Shown: positions 42,705-45,960 of the stretch, piece by piece
Layout of the letters: every line of letters begins with the position of its first letter
How positions within the stretch are numbered: the first letter of the stretch is position 1
Source of the DNA: a virus
IMG/VR virus record: IMGVR_UViG_3300044712_000189
Coordinates: 1 to 45,960 of that record
Length of the DNA stretch: 45,960 nucleotides
Direction: 5' to 3' (one strand)
Notes under the pieces: generated by a model
The model's input: the letters and a program-made list of their open reading frames with translations, nothing else
What the model was told of the DNA's origin: nothing
Database searches by the model: none
Program-made: the position numbers and the translations under genes

Positions 42705-43397
42705 ATGACGAAGTTCATCACGGAGCAGTACGGCCTGGACGACTACGACGAGTCGTACGTGACCGCGCGTAACCCGCTGGACGAGAACTACTACACGCGC
42801 TCTCTCGCGGAGGACGCTTACGTCAGCCTCTCGGACATGCTCAACGCCGAGGACGACGACGACCTGTCGCTGCACCTGAACCACAACGTCCAGAAGGACG
42901 ACCTGCAGACCATCACGTACGAGCAGTGGGTGGAGAACCAGCGCGTTAGCACGGACGTCCCCACTAAGACCGTGAAGGTCGAGGGCGAGCCGATGAAGGT
43001 CGTCTCCCTCAACAACACGTACTGGGCTGGCGCGATCGCCGCTAACTTCTTCACGGACAAGGACGGCTTCCTGCGTATCGGTAGCGTGCGCTTCACCACC
43101 TACAACGACACGCAGATCGCGCAGTGCGTCAAGTGCAAGGCGACGCTTACGTACTCCGGTGCTTACGACCGCGAGTCGATGGAGGACTTCACGCTTGCGG
43201 TCTTCCGTCACGGCCACAACCACTCGGCTAAGTGGGTCACCAAGACCCCGATCAGCCAGCCCGTTGCTGTTGCGATCTACAGCAACGACGACACCGTGGA
43301 CCGCTACAACGAGGCGTTGTTCGACCAGCAGGTTGCAGACGCAGTTGCTCCGGCTGCTGCACTTGCGCGCCTCCGCCGTAACGCAGGCCTCGCGTAA
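42705..43397 (+). CDS. First early protein (230 aa) with a strongly acidic N-terminal region
   Basis: Track ORF 42546..43397 trimmed to ATG 42705, with GGAGG 5 nt upstream. There are 15 D/E against 3 K/R in the first ~57 aa. Codons are mostly G/C-ending (CTG/CTC for Leu), unlike most of the genome. Confidence 0.8.
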   Translation: MTKFITEQYGLDDYDESYVTARNPLDENYYTRSLAEDAYVSLSDMLNAEDDDDLSLHLNHNVQKDDLQTITYEQWVENQRVSTDVPTKTVKVEGEPMKVVSLNNTYWAGAIAANFFTDKDGFLRIGSVRFTTYNDTQIAQCVKCKATLTYSGAYDRESMEDFTLAVFRHGHNHSAKWVTKTPISQPVAVAIYSNDDTVDRYNEALFDQQVADAVAPAAALARLRRNAGLA

Positions 43398-43406
43398 GCA
43401 TGACTC

Positions 43407-43446
43407 GGTAGTAGGTGGCTGGCTCCTACAGCAGCCACCTACTACC
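43407..43446 (+). terminator. Perfect 15-bp hairpin after the first early gene
   Basis: ggtagtaggtggctg (43407-43421) pairs with cagccacctactacc (43432-43446), 10 nt after stop TAA 43395-43397. Confidence 0.65.
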
Positions 43447-43535
43447 AGCGCGTGCTTAGCTAGTACCGGCCTGCGGCGCCAATCGAAGAACGTTATGAGT
43501 GCAAGTGGATTTCGCAGAAACTACAGGAGGACACA

Positions 43536-43757
43536 GTGACCCTGCTCAACATCGACGTTGTGGACATTCCGGCTGAGTGTCCCGTCTGCAAGACCAAGTC
43601 GCTTATCCGCGTTGCTAAGACGGACTACGAGCGGTACAAGGGCGGCACCCTTATCCAGAACGCCTTCCCGTACCTTACGCCGGACGAGCGTGAGGCTATC
43701 ATGACGGGCATCTGCCCTGAGTGCTGGAACAAGATGTTCCCGGTTGACGACGAGTAG
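43536..43757 (+). CDS. Zinc-ribbon protein (73 aa)
   Basis: GTG 43536 follows AGGAGG. Cys pairs are CPVC and CPEC. Confidence 0.7.
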   Translation: MTLLNIDVVDIPAECPVCKTKSLIRVAKTDYERYKGGTLIQNAFPYLTPDEREAIMTGICPECWNKMFPVDDE

Positions 43758-43772
43758 CCACTAGGAGTTAGC

Positions 43773-43946
43773 ATGTTCATGTTCATCCCGGACAACTTCC
43801 TCAAGCCTGTCCAGTGCAGCACTACGTTCTGCATGGACACTAGCACTGTGCTCGCAGATGGTATGCCCTTCTGCTTGCAGCACGGTACTAACGTCCTGCT
43901 TACGGGGTCACTCCCTCCTGCTTCCGCGTCAGTCACTTACGCGTAA
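43773..43946 (+). CDS. Small Cys-containing protein (57 aa)
   Basis: ORF below the track cutoff: MFMFIPDNFLKPVQCSTTFCMDTSTVLADGMPFCLQH... AGGAG lies 5 nt upstream of ATG 43773. Stop is TAA 43944-43946. Confidence 0.5.
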   Translation: MFMFIPDNFLKPVQCSTTFCMDTSTVLADGMPFCLQHGTNVLLTGSLPPASASVTYA

Positions 43947-43969
43947 GCAACTCCACTCCCCTCTGGCTC

Positions 43970-43999
43970 CCGGGACCCCCACTACGTAGGGGGTCCCGG
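43970..43999 (+). terminator. 11-bp hairpin ccgggaccccc/gggggtcccgg
   Basis: Inverted repeat 43970-43980 / 43989-43999, downstream of the small early genes. Confidence 0.55.
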
Positions 44000-44013
44000 T
44001 GAGACAGTTTGGG

Positions 44014-44287
44014 GAGAATAAGATTTGAGAATAGTCAAATTTGAGAAAGTTCTCAGAGACTATTCTCAGTGGATAATGGGCATCGTCGCAGGTCAGGGGC
44101 CTATTGACACCTGACCAGCCTACCCACTAGTCTCAGTCTCAGGAAAACCGTGAGATTCTCAGAGACTATTGCCTATGAGACTTTTCTCCATACAGTCTCG
44201 GAGACTGGAACCCCCAATTCCATGATCATTCTCACGATCGACCCCCTCGCTGAGCACGAACCAAGATCATTCTCACTTTCTGAGAAT
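44014..44287. repeat. Array of about 12 TGAGAA/TTCTCA half-sites (iteron- or operator-like)
   Basis: TGAGAA-like sites at 44014, 44026, 44042, 44151, 44176 and 44281. TTCTCA-like sites at 44050, 44063, 44156, 44184, 44229 and 44270. A 15-mer ttctcagagactatt occurs twice (44050, 44156). A 12-mer gatcattctcac occurs twice (44224, 44265). Palindromes include tgagaaagttctca, cagtctcggagactg and attctcactttctgagaat. Confidence 0.85.
44104..44133 (+). promoter_or_regulatory. Candidate promoter TTGACA-18-TAGTCT inside the repeat array
   Basis: -35 at 44104-44109, 18-nt spacer, -10 TAGTCT at 44128-44133. Half-sites flank it on both sides. Confidence 0.4.
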
Positions 44288-44360
44288 CGTTGCTTATCTC
44301 GCTAATTTCAGAATTAGACTGGTAGCACTTACGACTAACCTCAAGCCTTAGGAGCACGTT

Positions 44361-44759
44361 ATGACGAACGCCGCTATCGACTACAACGAGGCCTACAACA
44401 AGGGCTACAGCGACGCGATGAACCTCTACAAGAACCTGCGTGACCAGGACCGTCAGGCGCTGGCTGGAAACATGCTGCTTAACGTGCTGTTCGTTATCCA
44501 CAGCCCGTTGCGTCGTAAGCTTACGCGTCTGTTCGTTGAGGGTCGTAAGATCCAGGGGATCAAGGAGATCCGCCAGATCGCTACTGACTACGACGTTACT
44601 TACGGGCAGACGCTCGTTGACGCCCGTTGGATGTGGGAATACTTTGAGGAGCGTATGCGTAACGCTCAGCGCCACCCTAAGTACGTCATGGACCCGATCG
44701 ACAGGCTCATGGACTACAACTTCATGACCAGCGACTTTAACGAGTCGCTTCCGTTCTAA
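44361..44759 (+). CDS. Hypothetical protein with a segment resembling the ribosomal L7/L12 C-terminal domain
   Basis: AGGAG lies upstream of ATG 44361. The segment KIQGIKEIRQIATDYDVTYGQTLVDA aligns by eye with [26 protein letters not shown] of bacterial L7/L12. The similarity is weak. Confidence 0.75.
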   Translation: MTNAAIDYNEAYNKGYSDAMNLYKNLRDQDRQALAGNMLLNVLFVIHSPLRRKLTRLFVEGRKIQGIKEIRQIATDYDVTYGQTLVDARWMWEYFEERMRNAQRHPKYVMDPIDRLMDYNFMTSDFNESLPF

Positions 44760-44774
44760 TCCCAGGAGGAAATA

Positions 44775-45458
44775 ATGGCCCGCATCGCTAGTGTAGGTGA
44801 TGCCCAGATCGTACTGACGCGCGAGCGGAAAGTTCTAGAAATCCTACAGGCCCACAACAAGCCAATGACAGTAGATGAAATCGCAGCATACGCTAGTGAG
44901 CCGCGATCGTCTACGTACAAGTCGATCGGTAGGTTGTACGACACAGGCGTTCTAATCAGAGGTAGGACAGGCAGCGTAACCGATACGGGTCGAGCCACTA
45001 CAAAGGCCACGTACATGGTTGACCCCGAGCGTTACCGCAACATCACTCAATCGTTTGAGGTTGTTGGTGAACTGCCCAAGTATTACAACCAAATCTCTAA
45101 GCAGCTTTACTCGCTGTTGGACCTCGCCAACCGTTACGAACCCGAGCGTATCACAGGTGGAGTAAAGGCCGCTGGCGCTTATCTTGAGGTTGCAACCCTT
45201 CTGCTCAGTCTCGCTTTGGATCCGGCTGGTGCTGAAAGCGTTGAGAACCTTAAGAAGCAAGCGGTGCTTAGGCAGTACCTGCAGCAAGCAGTACCTGCCG
45301 TTGACAATGTTCGCGCCCAGATGCAGCAGATGCTTGACGACCACAGACTGTGGACTAAAGATCTGTACGTGCTGGGCGCTAATGAGCAAGTGCGCAACAA
45401 TAAAGACAGCATCATTAAAAAGACTGACACCATCTACGTACCCAACTACAAGGACTGA
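44775..45458 (+). CDS. Winged-helix DNA-binding protein (227 aa)
   Basis: AGGAGG lies upstream of the ATG. The N-terminal wHTH is RERKVLEILQAHNKPMTVDEIAAYASEPRSSTYKSIGRLYDTGVLIRGR (MarR/IclR-like). The C-terminal half is helical. Confidence 0.8.
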   Translation: MARIASVGDAQIVLTRERKVLEILQAHNKPMTVDEIAAYASEPRSSTYKSIGRLYDTGVLIRGRTGSVTDTGRATTKATYMVDPERYRNITQSFEVVGELPKYYNQISKQLYSLLDLANRYEPERITGGVKAAGAYLEVATLLLSLALDPAGAESVENLKKQAVLRQYLQQAVPAVDNVRAQMQQMLDDHRLWTKDLYVLGANEQVRNNKDSIIKKTDTIYVPNYKD

Positions 45459-45463
45459 GCCAC

Positions 45464-45960
45464 ATGCCTATTCTCGCTTCGCCCATGCCGAACGCTATCA
45501 AGTGGAATATCATCGAGATTGATGATGTGCCTGATAGCCCTGTTGCAACCATCATGGTTACCGGATCGCGTGAGTACGTTGATCTTAAGTCTGTGACTGA
45601 GACTCTCGTGCCTTACTTTAACGCGTTCATTGAGAAGCATCCTGGTCTGCCTCTCGTGCTTATCTCAGGTCATGCACAGCGCGGTGCTGATGTGCTTGCT
45701 GAGATGGTGTGGTCTGAGTACGGCCCTGTGCTTACGGAGCCTGCGGAATGGCAGGTTCACACGCCTGACCGCTGCAAGTGCCACGACACTAACGCAGAAT
45801 ACTGTAAGCTGGCCGGAATTATCCGCAACGAGAAGATGGTTGACGTCTACAAGCCTAGCGTGTGTGTCGCGTTCTACAGCGATAACGCTGAGAACCGCGG
45901 TACTAACCACGCTGCTGAGTACGCCCGCTCTAAGGACGTACCCGTGCGTATGGTTCGTGA
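45464..45960 (+). CDS. 5' part of a wrap-around gene: DUF2493/SLOG-like protein (continues at 1..245)
   Basis: AAGGA lies upstream of ATG 45464. The frame is open to the window end: MPILASPMPNAIKWNIIEIDD...IMVTGSREY...ISGHAQRGADVLAE. It is missing from the ORF track because it has no stop codon inside the window. Confidence 0.8.
   Translation, partial: MPILASPMPNAIKWNIIEIDDVPDSPVATIMVTGSREYVDLKSVTETLVPYFNAFIEKHPGLPLVLISGHAQRGADVLAEMVWSEYGPVLTEPAEWQVHTPDRCKCHDTNAEYCKLAGIIRNEKMVDVYKPSVCVAFYSDNAENRGTNHAAEYARSKDVPVRMVR
45834..45960. repeat. Terminal overlap copy 2 (identical to 1-127)
   Basis: Same 127-nt string as the window start. It lies inside a coding sequence, so it looks like a contig-closure overlap rather than a functional end. 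Confidence 0.95.

Noticed and set aside
44014-44287. CRISPR-like mini-array or solitary repeat units in the TGAGAA repeat region.
   Set aside because: The repeat units are 6-15 nt, irregularly spaced and in both orientations. Nothing resembles 25-40-nt repeats with uniform spacers.
1-45960. Very frequent CTTAAG palindromes, considered as a possible restriction or modification signal.
   Set aside because: They arise from the dominant Leu-Lys codon pair CTT-AAG in frame, so codon-pair bias explains them. This also cautions against over-reading the hexamer-level CTGTAG excess, which is why the finding rests on the 8-mer.
1-45960. Prophage or lysogeny module (integrase, immunity repressor, attP).
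   Set aside because: No ORF shows tyrosine or serine recombinase motifs by eye. The HTH and winged-helix proteins present are not enough to call a temperate lifestyle, so it is left undetermined.

Overview
The window is a complete phage genome. Bases 1-127 are identical to bases 45834-45960, so the unit length is 45833 bp and the contig closes into a circle (or is terminally redundant).

Gene layout: there are two opposed transcription arms.
- The plus-strand early/replication arm runs from 42705 through the contig junction to 14843. It encodes small early proteins, an SNF2 helicase, an HNH nuclease, a Cas4-like nuclease + AAA ATPase + SSB-like recombination module, 2 tRNAs, a primase-helicase, a family A DNA polymerase and a RuvC-like resolvase.
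- The minus-strand late arm runs from 41953 down to 14733. In transcription order it encodes an HTH protein, a TerS-like protein, two fibre-like proteins, TerL, portal, scaffold, major capsid, a 900-aa repeat-rich fibre, adaptor/nozzle-like proteins, large internal virion proteins, NlpC/P60 and SLT hydrolases, a holin/M23 endolysin cassette, and a WhiB-like regulator.

Biology: the head-tail layout looks podovirus-like (T7-like order, with no tape measure, tube or sheath genes recognised). I recognised no integrase and no phage RNA polymerase. Sigma70-like promoters (CTTGACAG-N16-18-TAnnnT) precede the early blocks. The WhiB gene points to an actinobacterial host.

Most notable non-gene signals:
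1. The octamer CTGTAGGG is strongly over-represented and co-oriented with transcription. It also forms the arms of several terminator hairpins.
2. A 340-bp intergenic region carries about 12 TGAGAA/TTCTCA half-sites next to a winged-helix gene.
3. Two ORF-free regions of about 0.57 kb and 0.75 kb are rich in hairpins and repeats.
4. A 25 x 14-aa 'IWN' tandem repeat in the fibre gene is rich in TTA codons, and the phage carries a structurally atypical tRNA with anticodon UAA.

All functional calls rest on motifs read by eye. No database search was possible.
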